DNA of 64,000 bases from a virus. This document shows, one piece after another, positions 42,835 through 53,770 of the stretch (positions within the stretch are counted from its first letter, which is position 1; every line of letters begins with the position of its first letter). The stretch is taken from the IMG/VR virus record IMGVR_UViG_3300025294_000239. The stretch is one strand, 5' to 3'. The translations under genes were made by a program, and so were the position numbers. The notes beneath the pieces were generated by a model, which saw only the letters and a program-made list of their open reading frames with translations, ran no database searches and was not told where the DNA came from.

Positions 42835-43691
42835 GCCATCAGGCTGTCGCATGGGCGCTTGAGCAGCCCGTCAATCATTCTCCGGCCAAGTTCATCTTGA
42901 CCGTTATGGCGCATCACGTCGCGGCTCGTCAACGCCCGTTTGTCGCCTTCGCTTCGATCACCGCGCTCTCAAAACAAACCGGGCAGGACCGCAAGACGGT
43001 CATCGCCAACATCAAACGGCTCACCGATGGCGGCTTCTTGGTGGACACCGGCGAGCGTGCTGGCGTCACTAAATCGGTCGTGGTTTTCGAACTCGCGCAG
43101 CCCGGAAGCAGTACCGAAATTGGGACTGCTTCCGAGGCTTCAAGCGGTACCAGTTTTGGGACACCTTCCAATGACGAAGCAGTACCAGATTTGGGACTGC
43201 TAAGCAGTACCAGTTTTGGTACCGCTTCACCCGAAATTGAGGGAAGCAGTACCAGTTTAGGGACTGCTTCGGTCGAAAGCAGTACCAAATTTGGGACACC
43301 TTCGGAAGGGGAAGCAGTACCAGTTTTCCCTACAGAACAGTATTTAAAAGATATAGGTAATACCGTCTTAAAGAGTAATACCGTGGTGCGCACAGCGAAA
43401 ACGCCAGCGAATCGCGGTTCGAGGCTGCCGAACGACTGGGTGTTGCCCAAGACCTGGGGCGACGAGGCCATGGCGATCTGCCCGACGTTCTCCCGTGATC
43501 GCATCCGCTCCATCGCCGCCGAATTCCGCGACTACTGGGTCGCCGTGGCAGGGCAGAAGGGCTGCAAGCTCGACTGGTCAGCCACTTGGCGCAACTGGGT
43601 GCGCAAGGAAGCGAAGGCCGAGGCGAACTCGCGCAGCCGTGGCCGTGGCTACAGCACCGGCGAAGTCGACCAGTGGGGAATCCCGCGATGA
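42831..43691 (+). CDS. Replication initiator with iterons (second copy)
   Basis: Repeat of 3558..4418. Confidence 0.85.
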   Translation: MSHQAVAWALEQPVNHSPAKFILTVMAHHVAARQRPFVAFASITALSKQTGQDRKTVIANIKRLTDGGFLVDTGERAGVTKSVVVFELAQPGSSTEIGTASEASSGTSFGTPSNDEAVPDLGLLSSTSFGTASPEIEGSSTSLGTASVESSTKFGTPSEGEAVPVFPTEQYLKDIGNTVLKSNTVVRTAKTPANRGSRLPNDWVLPKTWGDEAMAICPTFSRDRIRSIAAEFRDYWVAVAGQKGCKLDWSATWRNWVRKEAKAEANSRSRGRGYSTGEVDQWGIPR

Positions 43692-44023
43692 GAGGCCAGG
43701 TCACGCTCACGAAGGCCCGAAAAGCCGGCTGGGATATCCCCGCCGTGTTCGTGATCGACCTGCCGTTTGATGCGCCGACGCGCACCTTCCTGGATCCCGA
43801 AAAGTCCCTCATGTGGGGACCGTTCGCCGAGGTCAACACCGGCCCGAGCGACATGCCGGCCATCCTCGACTTCCGCTTTGCCGAAGGCTGCCGTGTGCTG
43901 GTGTGCGGCCTTGACGAATCCCGCGTGCGTGCCCTGATGCGCCGCATCCGCGACTTCTCCCCCTCCGAAATCATCGGGTCCGGCTTCGGATCCATCCTGC
44001 GCTGGGCGCCCAAGGAATCATGA
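43688..44023 (+). CDS. Hypothetical 111-aa protein (second copy)
   Basis: Repeat of 4415..4750. Confidence 0.7.
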   Translation: MRGQVTLTKARKAGWDIPAVFVIDLPFDAPTRTFLDPEKSLMWGPFAEVNTGPSDMPAILDFRFAEGCRVLVCGLDESRVRALMRRIRDFSPSEIIGSGFGSILRWAPKES

Positions 44024-44961
44024 ACTCCGTTTTCTCCAACGACGACATCGACTTCGCCGAGTACTACGACGAGGCCGAACCCATTGCCAAGGTCATTCCG
44101 GCCGAGGCCTGGGGCGAAGAGCTGGTCAAGCTGCACAGCAATCCGACGCGGCTGTCCGGCGCCAAACTGCCCTGGAAATCCACCCAGGAAATCATGCGAT
44201 TTCGCCCAGGCGAAACCACGCTGTGGGCCGGATACAGCGGCCATGGAAAGAGTCTGGCGCTCGGCAATGCCGTCCTGGGTTTCACGGCTCAGGGCGAGAA
44301 ATCCTGCATCGCCTCGTTCGAGATGGCGCCGCTGGCCACGCTCGAACGCATGGAGCGGCAGGCCGCCATGGTGGCCACGCCTGCGGACGAATTCACGCCC
44401 GGGTTCATGGCCTGGTTGCGTGACAAGCTGTGGATCTACAACCACATCGGCCATGCCGACCTGCGCACGCTGTACGCCGTCATCCGCTACTGCGGCCGCA
44501 AGCTTGGCATCCAGCATTTCGTGGTCGATTCGCTCATGCGCTGCGTGCGTGGTGAGGACGACTACAACGGCCAGAAGGACTTCGTCATTGCCATGACTGC
44601 GCTGGCGAAGGAACTGAACATGCACATCCACATCGTGCACCACATGCGCAAAGGCGAAACCGAGGAAAAGGCGCCCGGCAAGTCGGACGTCAAGGGCAGC
44701 AACTCGATCACCGACAACGTGGACCAGGGCGTGATCGTCTGGCGCAACAAGTTCAAGGAGCAGCGCGTGGAGCGCGCCCTTTCGGCCGGCGATCCCATCC
44801 CGGACGACGTGCATGCGATGCCTGACGCCTTCGTCATCTTCATCAAAAACCGCGTCACCGGCGAGGAAACGCGGGTGCCGCTGTGGTTCCACCGCGAGAG
44901 CATGCAGTTCACAGGAAGCTCCCGCCGCGTGCCGGTCAATTTCCTTGGGAGCCTGGTATGA
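44020..44961 (+). CDS. Helicase (second copy)
   Basis: Repeat of 4747..5688. Confidence 0.88.
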   Translation: MNSVFSNDDIDFAEYYDEAEPIAKVIPAEAWGEELVKLHSNPTRLSGAKLPWKSTQEIMRFRPGETTLWAGYSGHGKSLALGNAVLGFTAQGEKSCIASFEMAPLATLERMERQAAMVATPADEFTPGFMAWLRDKLWIYNHIGHADLRTLYAVIRYCGRKLGIQHFVVDSLMRCVRGEDDYNGQKDFVIAMTALAKELNMHIHIVHHMRKGETEEKAPGKSDVKGSNSITDNVDQGVIVWRNKFKEQRVERALSAGDPIPDDVHAMPDAFVIFIKNRVTGEETRVPLWFHRESMQFTGSSRRVPVNFLGSLV

Positions 44962-45548
44962 ACCAAGCCGATATCGCACTGGATCCGATGGCCGCCGTCA
45001 TGGACCCGTTTCCAGTCATCGCCAAGCACTTGGGCCTTGAAGCCGCCCAGTCCGGCCTGTTCGCGCCGGAGCCCACCGCGGGCGTGAACGTCTGCATTCT
45101 GGCCCTGGACCTGGGTACCAAGACCGGTTACGCGGTGCGCAAGCGCGACGGCAAGGTGGTGCACGGCACCATGTCCTTCGCCCCGCGTGCGAGCTGGAGC
45201 GCCGGCCAGCGCTGGCTGCGCTTCCGGTCCTGGCTCGGCGAAGTGCTGGACCTGCACCAGGTGCACAAGATCGTCGTAGAGCATGTCAGCTTTCACGCTG
45301 GGGTGCGTGATGCCCACTGCTACGGCGCCTTCCGCGCGCTGGTGGAAATGGCCGCCGACACCCGCCGCATCGAGTTGGTGGGCACGAACGTCCAGACCAT
45401 CAAACGCCACTGGACCGGCAAAGGCGGCGCCGACAAGGCCGCCATGATCGAACAGGCCCGCATTCGCGGCTTCCGTCCCGAGACAGATAACGACGCCGAT
45501 GCCTTGGCCATCCTGGACTGGGCCGTCGCACAGGAGCGCAAATCATGA
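44958..45548 (+). CDS. RuvC-like resolvase (second copy)
   Basis: Repeat of 5685..6275. Confidence 0.85.
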   Translation: MNQADIALDPMAAVMDPFPVIAKHLGLEAAQSGLFAPEPTAGVNVCILALDLGTKTGYAVRKRDGKVVHGTMSFAPRASWSAGQRWLRFRSWLGEVLDLHQVHKIVVEHVSFHAGVRDAHCYGAFRALVEMAADTRRIELVGTNVQTIKRHWTGKGGADKAAMIEQARIRGFRPETDNDADALAILDWAVAQERKS

Positions 45549-46036
45549 CCATTGCTAAAGCTGAACGCGAAGAAATCATCGCCATGCGCAAGCAGGGCAA
45601 GACCATCGAATCCATCGCGGAGCTGACCCAGCATCAGACATCGACCATTCGCAAGATCTGCTCCGTCGCCATGCCGAGTTCCGATGGGAAACCGCCGCGC
45701 CTGTATCCGGCCGATGGGCGCTGGGTGTGTGAAGGCCAGGGCAGCACAGCCACCGGCCGAACCAAGGAGCATGCGTTCACGCGCTGGGAAGTGGCGCGCA
45801 AGCAAGCTGATGCGGCGAAGGAGCGCCACGCCATCAAGGTGGCAGCAGCCGAGGCTAAGCGTCGCGCCGAGGCCGCCGCCAAGACACGCATTGCCCCGCC
45901 TCGCACCGCGCAACCCTGGCGCGACCTTGTCATTCCGGTGTTCGTTAAACGCCAGCACGATCGCGCAGCAGCGGTGCAGCCGCCGATGAAATCCATGGCG
46001 AGCACGGTTCACGGGATATGGGTTACCGAGCTGTGA
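45545..46036 (+). CDS. HTH protein (second copy)
   Basis: Repeat of 6272..6763. Confidence 0.6.
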   Translation: MTIAKAEREEIIAMRKQGKTIESIAELTQHQTSTIRKICSVAMPSSDGKPPRLYPADGRWVCEGQGSTATGRTKEHAFTRWEVARKQADAAKERHAIKVAAAEAKRRAEAAAKTRIAPPRTAQPWRDLVIPVFVKRQHDRAAAVQPPMKSMASTVHGIWVTEL

Positions 46037-46074
46037 CGATTCCGCACACCTACGCGAAATTCAGGGAGAACCCT

Positions 46075-46476
46075 ATGCGCAACCCATTCGAGGAACACGA
46101 CGAGGTGCTGGAGCTGCTGGCCCGCGTCTGGTATCCGACCACCGTGGGCATGCCGCCGCTGGGGCTGCCGCAGTACTCCCCTATGTTCCGCGATGCCAAA
46201 GCCAGCAGCGGCAACGTGCACGACGACGCCAGCGAGGCGGATGAGCGGATCTTGCGGCTACGTGCGCGCGCCATCGGGTATTGCTGGGAGGCGCTGCCCA
46301 CCTGGCAACTGCGTGTTGCGGTGGAGACACGGGCGGCGAACCATGCCGGCGCCGCGGTGTGGCGTAATGCCCGGCTGACGCCCGAGGAACTGGCGGAGCT
46401 GTGGCAGGAGGGCAGGGCGATGCTGCTGGAGGCGTTTATCGCCAAGGGGTTGATGGAGCAGAGGGAGGCGGCATGA
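46075..46476 (+). CDS. Q-position regulator (second copy)
   Basis: Repeat of 6802..7203. Confidence 0.45.
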   Translation: MRNPFEEHDEVLELLARVWYPTTVGMPPLGLPQYSPMFRDAKASSGNVHDDASEADERILRLRARAIGYCWEALPTWQLRVAVETRAANHAGAAVWRNARLTPEELAELWQEGRAMLLEAFIAKGLMEQREAA

Positions 46477-46718
46477 AGATATGCAAGGACTGTGTGCATT
46501 ACCAATACCCAGGCGAATGTTTGCGCAAGGTGCGGACACATGTTGAACCTGTCGACGGCCGCGAGCGGGTGCGTGGCGTACTGGATGCCTACGAAGAGCG
46601 CACCGCCCGGTGGCTTTTTATTCCTTTTGTCCCGGTGCCGATTCCTCCATTCTGGGCCTGCGGTAAGCGTGGGCGGTACTGGGAGCAAAAACCTGAGAAC
46701 TTGCAAACGCCCGAATGA
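46473..46718 (+). CDS. Hypothetical 81-aa protein (second copy)
   Basis: Repeat of 7200..7445. Confidence 0.6.
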   Translation: MKICKDCVHYQYPGECLRKVRTHVEPVDGRERVRGVLDAYEERTARWLFIPFVPVPIPPFWACGKRGRYWEQKPENLQTPE

Positions 46719-46848
46719 GGCGTTACATTCCACCCCGTGGGCGAAGTACGCCCAGAATTCGAAGCCCTGGCCAAAAGCCGGGGCTTTTGCTTTGGCCCTC
46801 GTGCTCTGGTTGGTCCCAGAGGCGGGGGCTTTTTCATTGGAGCGTCAA

Positions 46849-47271
46849 ATGCCCGCCGGCAGGCCTACGAAGTACGGACCGAAGATCCTGGCTCGATGCC
46901 GGGATTACATCGAGCGATTCTCAGAACTCGGTGACGTGGTGCCGTCGCAAGCAGGCCTTGCGCTGCATATCGGCGTGGTGAAGTCCACCGTCCAGGAATG
47001 GGCGAAAGACCCCAAGAAGGCTCAATTTTCGGCCCTTCTCATGCAAATTGACCTGATGCAGGAGCGTGGACTGGTCAATGGCGGCCTCAAAGGTGACATG
47101 AACCCGGTCATCACCAAGATGCTTTTGACCAAGCACGGATACACGGACAAAGTGGAACAGACCGTGCAAGGGCCAGAGGGCGGCGCGGTTCAAGTCGAGG
47201 CTATCGTGACAGTCGAGGCCGGAGAGGCATATCTCCGGATGCTCAATGGCAATGGCAAGTCTGGCGCCTGA
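46849..47271 (+). CDS. terS: Terminase small subunit (second copy)
   Basis: Repeat of 7576..7998. Confidence 0.85.
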   Translation: MPAGRPTKYGPKILARCRDYIERFSELGDVVPSQAGLALHIGVVKSTVQEWAKDPKKAQFSALLMQIDLMQERGLVNGGLKGDMNPVITKMLLTKHGYTDKVEQTVQGPEGGAVQVEAIVTVEAGEAYLRMLNGNGKSGA

Positions 47272-48757
47272 CTGGTTCGATTTCCGGAACCCGGACTATG
47301 ACCGGGTCTACCGAGAGCGGGCTGAGCGGCTGGAGCGCCTGCGCGCTGATCCCTCCATGCTGGCCGGCGTCAAGGACTTCTACCGGACGCATCCGGCCGA
47401 ATTCATCAATGACTGGGGTATGACGTTCGACCCGCGCAACGCGGAAATCGGTCTGCCCACCATCATTCCCTTCATCCTGTTCGACAAGCAGACGGACTTC
47501 ATCAACTACTGCCGCCGGAAATGGATGGGGCGCGAGGACGGCCTGGCCGAGAAGTCGCGCGATATGGGTGTGTCTTGGCTGTGCGTCGGCTTTGCCGTCT
47601 GGATGTGGGTGTTCCTGAAGGGCACGGTCGTAGGCTTCGGCAGCCGCAAGGAAGAGTACGTCGACAAGCTGGGCGATCCGAAATCCCTATTCTGGAAGGT
47701 GCGCCAGTTCGTGGCCCTGCTGCCATTTGAATTCCGCCCGGTTGGCTACCAGGAGCAGCGCGACGCCCTGCACATGCGCATTACCAACCCGGAGAATGGC
47801 GCGGTGATCGTGGGCGAGGCCGGCGACAACATCGGGCGCGGCAACCGCACCTCCATCTACTTCAAGGACGAGTCCGCGTTCTACGAGCGCGCCGAGGCCA
47901 TCGACGCCGCACTGTCGCAGACCTCCAACTGCAAAATCGACGTGTCCACGCCCAACGGCAACGGCGGCCCGTTCTACCGCAAGCGCTTCGGCGGCAAGAT
48001 CGAGGTGTTCACGTTCCATTGGCGCGACGACCCGCGCAAAGATGCTGCCTGGTACGAAGACCAGAAGCGCAAGAATGATCCGGTCATCGTGGCCCAGGAA
48101 ATCGACATCGATTACGACGCGTCGGTGACGAACAGCTGGATTCCCGGCGCCGAGGTGACGGTGGCCATGGGCAAGGGGCCGGCCGACGTCGAAGCCGTGG
48201 GCGGGCTGCGCTTCGGCCTGGACGTGGCGCGCTTCGGCGATGACAAGACGGTCCTATCCGTGCGCCGCGGGCGCGTCCTGATCAAGCAGGAAGTGCGCAC
48301 CGGCCTGGACACCGAGCAGGTGGCCGCCTTCGCCACCACAGAAATCGACGCTTATGGCAAGGCTCCGGAGCAGATCGCGGTGGACACCATCGGCATCGGC
48401 GCCGGCGTCGCCGACAAACTGCGTCTGAAGTATGGCGACCTGGTCGTGGACGTGAACAGCTCCCTGCGCATGTCCGACGGCCAGAACTACAACCTGCGGG
48501 CCTACATGTGGCGTGAGATGAAGGAATGGATCAAGGCCGGCGCAGCGCTCCCCAACGATGGCGACCTGAAGGCAGAACTCACGGCCCTGCGCTACTCCTA
48601 CCGTGGCGGCGAACTGCTGATCGAATCCAAGGACGACGCCAAGAAGCGCGGCATCAAGTCGCCTGACCGCGCCGACTCCCTTGCGCTCACTTTCGCCCGC
48701 CCAGGCACCCAGGCCACTAGCCGGCCGCTCAACTATCCCTCCCTCGGTGCCTTCTGA
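47246..48757 (+). CDS. terL: Terminase large subunit (second copy)
   Basis: Repeat of 7973..9484. Confidence 0.92.
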   Translation: MAMASLAPDWFDFRNPDYDRVYRERAERLERLRADPSMLAGVKDFYRTHPAEFINDWGMTFDPRNAEIGLPTIIPFILFDKQTDFINYCRRKWMGREDGLAEKSRDMGVSWLCVGFAVWMWVFLKGTVVGFGSRKEEYVDKLGDPKSLFWKVRQFVALLPFEFRPVGYQEQRDALHMRITNPENGAVIVGEAGDNIGRGNRTSIYFKDESAFYERAEAIDAALSQTSNCKIDVSTPNGNGGPFYRKRFGGKIEVFTFHWRDDPRKDAAWYEDQKRKNDPVIVAQEIDIDYDASVTNSWIPGAEVTVAMGKGPADVEAVGGLRFGLDVARFGDDKTVLSVRRGRVLIKQEVRTGLDTEQVAAFATTEIDAYGKAPEQIAVDTIGIGAGVADKLRLKYGDLVVDVNSSLRMSDGQNYNLRAYMWREMKEWIKAGAALPNDGDLKAELTALRYSYRGGELLIESKDDAKKRGIKSPDRADSLALTFARPGTQATSRPLNYPSLGAF

Positions 48758-50931
48758 TGGCTCAGCTTAGCGACGACGAATTCCACAAGATCCTGGATAG
48801 CCAGATCAACGACGCCGCAAGCTGGCAGGAGGAGCATTTCAGCGGTGATCGCGAGCGCACCTATCGCGCATACCTTGGCGAAGCGCCGCCGGCGCCTGAG
48901 GGGCGCTCGCAGGCCGTTTCCTGGGACGTGTTCGAGACCATTGAGTCCGCATTGCCTGACCTGATCGAGATCCTGGTTGGCGGCGACACCGTGGCGGCCT
49001 TCGAACCTGTGGGCGAAGAGGACGAGGCCTTCGCCGAGCAGGCCACCGATTACATCAACTACATCGTCCTGAAGCAGAATCCCGGCTTCCTGATCTTCAA
49101 CACCTGGATCAAGGACGCGCTGCTGTCGAAGATCGGCATCGTGCGCGCGTATTGGGCGAAGTCGGAGAAGGTCGTCAAGCGCGATTACACCGGCATCGAT
49201 GAAATGCAGCTGACCCAGTTGCTACAGGATCCCGACGCCGAGGTGGTCGCACAGTCCAGCGAGGACGACCCGCAGGACGTTGAGCAACGCCAGCAGATTG
49301 AGCAGGCCCTGAACGCCATGGCGCCCGATCAGCGCTTGGCGGCCGCCGTCTACCTACAGTCGCCGGTCAAGCAGCTCTACGACGTCACAATCAAGACCAC
49401 GCGCAAGAAGGGACGCGTCTACATCGACAACGTGCAGCCTGAGAATTTCATCGTCAGCGCACGCGCCAAGACCTTGGCCGCCGCGGATATCGTGGGCGAG
49501 ATGAAGGCCCTGACGCGCTCGGATATGCGCGAGCTGGGCTACGACAAGTCCAAGGTCAAGAACGTCCAATCGTTCGATGTGATTGTGGACCAGACCCAGG
49601 GCATCGCCCAGACGGCCAGCGACGAGACGGCGGACCAGACCATCGGCGAGGATTCCCCGGACGACGCCACTGAGCAGGTGATGGTGTTCGACGGCTTTAT
49701 CCGCCTGGACTACGACGGCGACGGCATAGCTGAATGGCGCCGGGTCGTGCGCGGCGGCAATGAGACGCTGGTGAACGACGAGGCCGAGGGCCACGACTTC
49801 GCGGTCATGTCGCCCATCCTGATCCCGCATCGGCTGATCGGCATGGCCTTGGCAGATCCGGTGCTGTCGCTCCAGCAGTCCAGCACCACGATGCTGCGCC
49901 AGTACACCGACAGCCTGGTGCTGGCCAACAACCCGCGCACCTACGTCAACACGGGCGCCGGCGTGAACCTGGACGACCTGCTGAACAACCGCATCGGCGG
50001 CATTGTGCGGGGCAACCAGCCCATGGCCAACGCTATCGCGCCGCTGCAAACCACAAACGTCGCCGACTCCGCGCTCCAGGGCATCGAATTCAACGACAGC
50101 AAGCGGGAGTCGCGCACCGGCATCACCCGCTACAACCAGGGCCTGGACGCCGACAGCCTGAACAAGACGGCCACGGGCGTCACCAAGATCATGACCGCCG
50201 GCGACGCGCGCAAGAAGATGATGGCGCGCATCCTGGCCGAGACGGGCATCAAGGATCTTTTCCGCCTGCTGCTGCGCATCGTCACGGAGAACCAGGACAA
50301 GGCTGCGACTTACCGCCTCAGAAATGAGTGGGTCCAGGTGGATCCGTCGCCCTGGAATCCCGAGATGGATGTGACCATCGAGCCGGGCCAGGGCACGGGG
50401 GACAAGTCCGCGACCGTCCAGACGCTCCAGGGCGTGCTGGAAGCCCAGAAGGAGGCCATGGCGGCCAAGTCTCCGTTGGTGACCTGGAAGAACCTGTACA
50501 ACACCATGGAAGCGATCCTGAAGGCCTCCGGCATCAAGGGCATCGACAAGTACTTCAACGACCCCGACCGCATGCCGCAAAGCGCGCAGCAGCCGCCACA
50601 GGGTGACCAGCAGGGCGACCCGAGCGCGGCGCTGGCGCAGGCTCAGGTGCAGGCCGCTCAGATCGAAGCCGAGACGAAGCGACAGCAGATGGTCGCCGAC
50701 CAGCAGCAGGCCGCGGCCAACCTCGAAATCGAGAAGGTCAAGCTTCAGCAGAAAAATGCAGATCTGGACCTGAAGCGTGTGGAATTGCAGATCAAGCAGG
50801 CCGAGCTTTCCCTCAAGCAGGCCGAAGCCGGCGCCAATGTGGCGCTCAAGTCCCGTGAGCAAGATCGCAAGGACCTGGAAACCGCCGCCAACATCACCCG
50901 CCCGCAGGTAGCCCCGAATGCAGCCCTCTGA
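48757..50931 (+). CDS. Portal protein (second copy)
   Basis: Repeat of 9484..11658. Confidence 0.9.
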   Translation: MAQLSDDEFHKILDSQINDAASWQEEHFSGDRERTYRAYLGEAPPAPEGRSQAVSWDVFETIESALPDLIEILVGGDTVAAFEPVGEEDEAFAEQATDYINYIVLKQNPGFLIFNTWIKDALLSKIGIVRAYWAKSEKVVKRDYTGIDEMQLTQLLQDPDAEVVAQSSEDDPQDVEQRQQIEQALNAMAPDQRLAAAVYLQSPVKQLYDVTIKTTRKKGRVYIDNVQPENFIVSARAKTLAAADIVGEMKALTRSDMRELGYDKSKVKNVQSFDVIVDQTQGIAQTASDETADQTIGEDSPDDATEQVMVFDGFIRLDYDGDGIAEWRRVVRGGNETLVNDEAEGHDFAVMSPILIPHRLIGMALADPVLSLQQSSTTMLRQYTDSLVLANNPRTYVNTGAGVNLDDLLNNRIGGIVRGNQPMANAIAPLQTTNVADSALQGIEFNDSKRESRTGITRYNQGLDADSLNKTATGVTKIMTAGDARKKMMARILAETGIKDLFRLLLRIVTENQDKAATYRLRNEWVQVDPSPWNPEMDVTIEPGQGTGDKSATVQTLQGVLEAQKEAMAAKSPLVTWKNLYNTMEAILKASGIKGIDKYFNDPDRMPQSAQQPPQGDQQGDPSAALAQAQVQAAQIEAETKRQQMVADQQQAAANLEIEKVKLQQKNADLDLKRVELQIKQAELSLKQAEAGANVALKSREQDRKDLETAANITRPQVAPNAAL

Positions 50932-51253
50932 TCAAGACATGGCCGACCTGGCCCGCTCACAGAACGCTGAGCGGATCATGAGCGATCCCCTGGTTCTGGA
51001 GGCCCTAGGCCTTATCGACCAGGAGATTCACGCTCTGTGGGCCGGCGACCGCCGCCAAGACGGCGTAGTCATCGGCCCGGCCGAGCGCGAAGAGCTGTAT
51101 CGCATGCTCCAAGCGAAAAATCGATTCATCTCCATCTTCGAGGGATACCTCCAGAACGGGGCGGCAGCGCGCAGCATGCTGGAGATGGAGCCGCCCACCA
51201 AGACCTTCATCCAACGCATCAAGGAGTATTTCCATGACCACCAAAAAGACTGA
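50918..51253 (+). CDS. Hypothetical 111-aa protein (second copy)
   Basis: Repeat of 11645..11980. Confidence 0.7.
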   Translation: MQPSDQDMADLARSQNAERIMSDPLVLEALGLIDQEIHALWAGDRRQDGVVIGPAEREELYRMLQAKNRFISIFEGYLQNGAAARSMLEMEPPTKTFIQRIKEYFHDHQKD

Positions 51254-51695
51254 TACCAAGGCGAAGGACATCGACGCCGAACGCGAGGCCGCCAAGCAGC
51301 CGGTCAATGACAAGATGGTCCCCGACCAACAAACCGGCGGCACCAATGACGCGGTGACCGAAACCACGGTCCAGGTGGAACCGGTGCAGCCGGCCGGCGC
51401 CCTGGAAGAACAACCGCCCGTCGTGGGCAAGGCGCAGCACGGTAATCAACCCGTGGATTACGCGCCCAAGGCCGAGTTGGAAGTTCCCAAGCCCTTTGAT
51501 CCGAGCAGCGTTTCGACGTTCGAAGCCTTCGTGCGCGAGCATGAAGACAAGGCTCAGGCTCTGGGCCTGGTGGTGACCGGCATCAGCCACCCGCAGGCGC
51601 CGGAAACCAACGGCATCTATGAGGGCCGCGACGCCGGCATCCGCGTTGGCCGCGGCGCTGCGTCCGCGCAGTACAGCGACGGTTCCAAGCACTGA
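51234..51695 (+). CDS. Hypothetical 153-aa protein (second copy)
   Basis: Repeat of 11961..12422. Confidence 0.7.
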   Translation: MTTKKTDTKAKDIDAEREAAKQPVNDKMVPDQQTGGTNDAVTETTVQVEPVQPAGALEEQPPVVGKAQHGNQPVDYAPKAELEVPKPFDPSSVSTFEAFVREHEDKAQALGLVVTGISHPQAPETNGIYEGRDAGIRVGRGAASAQYSDGSKH

Positions 51696-51808
51696 TTTCT
51701 GTATGGGCCTGCTGCCAGCCCTTGATGGCAGCCGTAAGAAAGACCAACCGACCGGCCGCCAGATGAGCGGCCTTTTTGTTGGAGTCAAACCTTATAGGGA
51801 TATGAGCG

Positions 51809-52777
51809 ATGCCTGAAGATTTCACCCTGGACAGCCTGGCCCAAGCCTTGGAAACCGCCGATTCACCCGATGAGGCGCGCGAACCCGAAGACGATCAACC
51901 CGAAGGGGAATCCGGCGCGGACGAGCACGAGGACGGCGGCCAGGAGCAAGAATCCGCCGAAGACGAGGGCGCCGACGCCGAGGATGGCGATGGCGAAGAC
52001 GATCAACCTGAGAAGGAATCGTCGCAGGACCGCGTGCATAAGTGGAAGACTGCCGATGGAACCGAGTACGAGGTGCCGGAGAGCGACCTCCGCGCGGGCT
52101 ACATGCGTGCGCAGGATTACACGCAGAAGACCCAGGCCTTGAGCAAGGAGCGTGAGCAGGCGGAAAGCGAAATCCAGAACCGAGCAACCCAGCAGCTCCA
52201 AGCCCTGAACATGTATGGCGAACGGGTTGGTGAATTGCATATGACGCGTGCTGTCGTGGCCAGTCTGGAGTCTGCGTTGAGGCAGACCAACCGAGAAGAC
52301 GACCCGGCACGCTATGCGTCCCTGCAAGCCGACATCCTGAACGCCCGCAGCCAGGAGAAAGAGCTGGCCGGAATGCTCGGCAATGCGACCCAGCTGATTC
52401 AACAGCAGCAAACGGAGCGGATCGTGAAGGGCCAGCGCGAGGCGGCCAAGACGTTGGCTGCTGAGATGCCGGACTTCAAGGACCGATTGCCGGTCTGGAA
52501 TCGCCACGCGACCGAGACCTACGGTTTTTCGCCGCAGGAGCTATCGCAGGTGACCGACCCCCGCGTCTTCCGCATGCTGGATGACGCGACGAAGTTCCGA
52601 GAGCTGCAAAACCGCAAGCCCGAGGCGGTGAAAAAGGCTGCGGCGGCTCCCCAGAAGCCCGCCAAGCAGACCCGATCGACACCGCCTTCCACTGTCGAAA
52701 CCGTCCGTAAGAACTTCAACGCCAGGCCCACTGTAGACGGCCTGGCCGCGATGCTTATGGCAACCGGAAAGGTATAA
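51809..52777 (+). CDS. Scaffold protein (second copy)
   Basis: Repeat of 12536..13504. Confidence 0.85.
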   Translation: MPEDFTLDSLAQALETADSPDEAREPEDDQPEGESGADEHEDGGQEQESAEDEGADAEDGDGEDDQPEKESSQDRVHKWKTADGTEYEVPESDLRAGYMRAQDYTQKTQALSKEREQAESEIQNRATQQLQALNMYGERVGELHMTRAVVASLESALRQTNREDDPARYASLQADILNARSQEKELAGMLGNATQLIQQQQTERIVKGQREAAKTLAAEMPDFKDRLPVWNRHATETYGFSPQELSQVTDPRVFRMLDDATKFRELQNRKPEAVKKAAAAPQKPAKQTRSTPPSTVETVRKNFNARPTVDGLAAMLMATGKV

Positions 52778-52780
52778 ATC

Positions 52781-53719
52781 ATGGCAAAGCTCGCCAATTC
52801 GTTCGACACGTACGCCGCCGTCGGTGACCGTGAATCCCTCTCGGATCAGATCTATCGGATCAGCCCCGAGGAAACCCCCTTTGTGTCCGCCATCGGCAAG
52901 GGCAAGGCCCAAGCCACCTATGAGGAATGGCAGACCGACGCCCTGGCCACGCCGGCCAACAACAAGGTTGTGCAGGGTAACGAGTCCACCCCGGCCGCTC
53001 TGACCCCCACCACCCGCTTGGGCAACCGCACGCAGATTTCGGAAAAGACCTACGCCATCACCGAGACGCAGGAAGCGGTGAACAAGGCCGGCCGCAAGTC
53101 CGAAGTGGCGTATCAGGATGCCAAGAAGATGGTGGAGCTGAAGCGCGATATCGAGTTCGCCGCGCTCCAGAACTCCACCGCCATAGCCGGCGACGCCACC
53201 ACGGCGCCGCAAGCGCGTGGCGCGCTGGGCTTCATCTACGGCAACACCAGCATGGGTACCGGCGGCGCGGATCCCAATCCGAACACCAACACAGCCCAGA
53301 CCGACGGCACGCAGCGCGCTTTCACCGAAGCCCTGCTGAACGAGGCCGCCACCAAGGCATGGGACGCCGGCGCCTCGGATAGCCTGTCGCTCTACGTGCC
53401 GTCCTCGCAGCGCCCGGTGTTCTCCAGCTTCGACGCCAACAGCACGAAGTTTCAGCGCACCGAAAGCAAGGAGCTGAACGCCAGCATCGATGTGTACGTT
53501 GGCGACTTCGGCACCTACAAGGTGGTGAACAGCCGCTACCAGCGCCAGCGCGAGGTATTCGGCATCGACACTGCCAAGTGGTCGATCCTGACCCTGCGCC
53601 CGATGAAGGGCCAGGATCTGGCGAAGACCGGCGACAACCGCAAGCGCCTGGTGAACACCGAATGGACGCTGAAGTGCGATGCGCCGCTCGGTAACTTCGC
53701 TGTCCGCGACCTGACCTGA
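52781..53719 (+). CDS. Major capsid protein (second copy)
   Basis: Repeat of 13508..14446. Confidence 0.9.
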   Translation: MAKLANSFDTYAAVGDRESLSDQIYRISPEETPFVSAIGKGKAQATYEEWQTDALATPANNKVVQGNESTPAALTPTTRLGNRTQISEKTYAITETQEAVNKAGRKSEVAYQDAKKMVELKRDIEFAALQNSTAIAGDATTAPQARGALGFIYGNTSMGTGGADPNPNTNTAQTDGTQRAFTEALLNEAATKAWDAGASDSLSLYVPSSQRPVFSSFDANSTKFQRTESKELNASIDVYVGDFGTYKVVNSRYQRQREVFGIDTAKWSILTLRPMKGQDLAKTGDNRKRLVNTEWTLKCDAPLGNFAVRDLT

Positions 53720-53770
53720 TCGCCAACCACCACGACGGAGACGCCCGGGGATAAAACCCCGGGCTTTTTT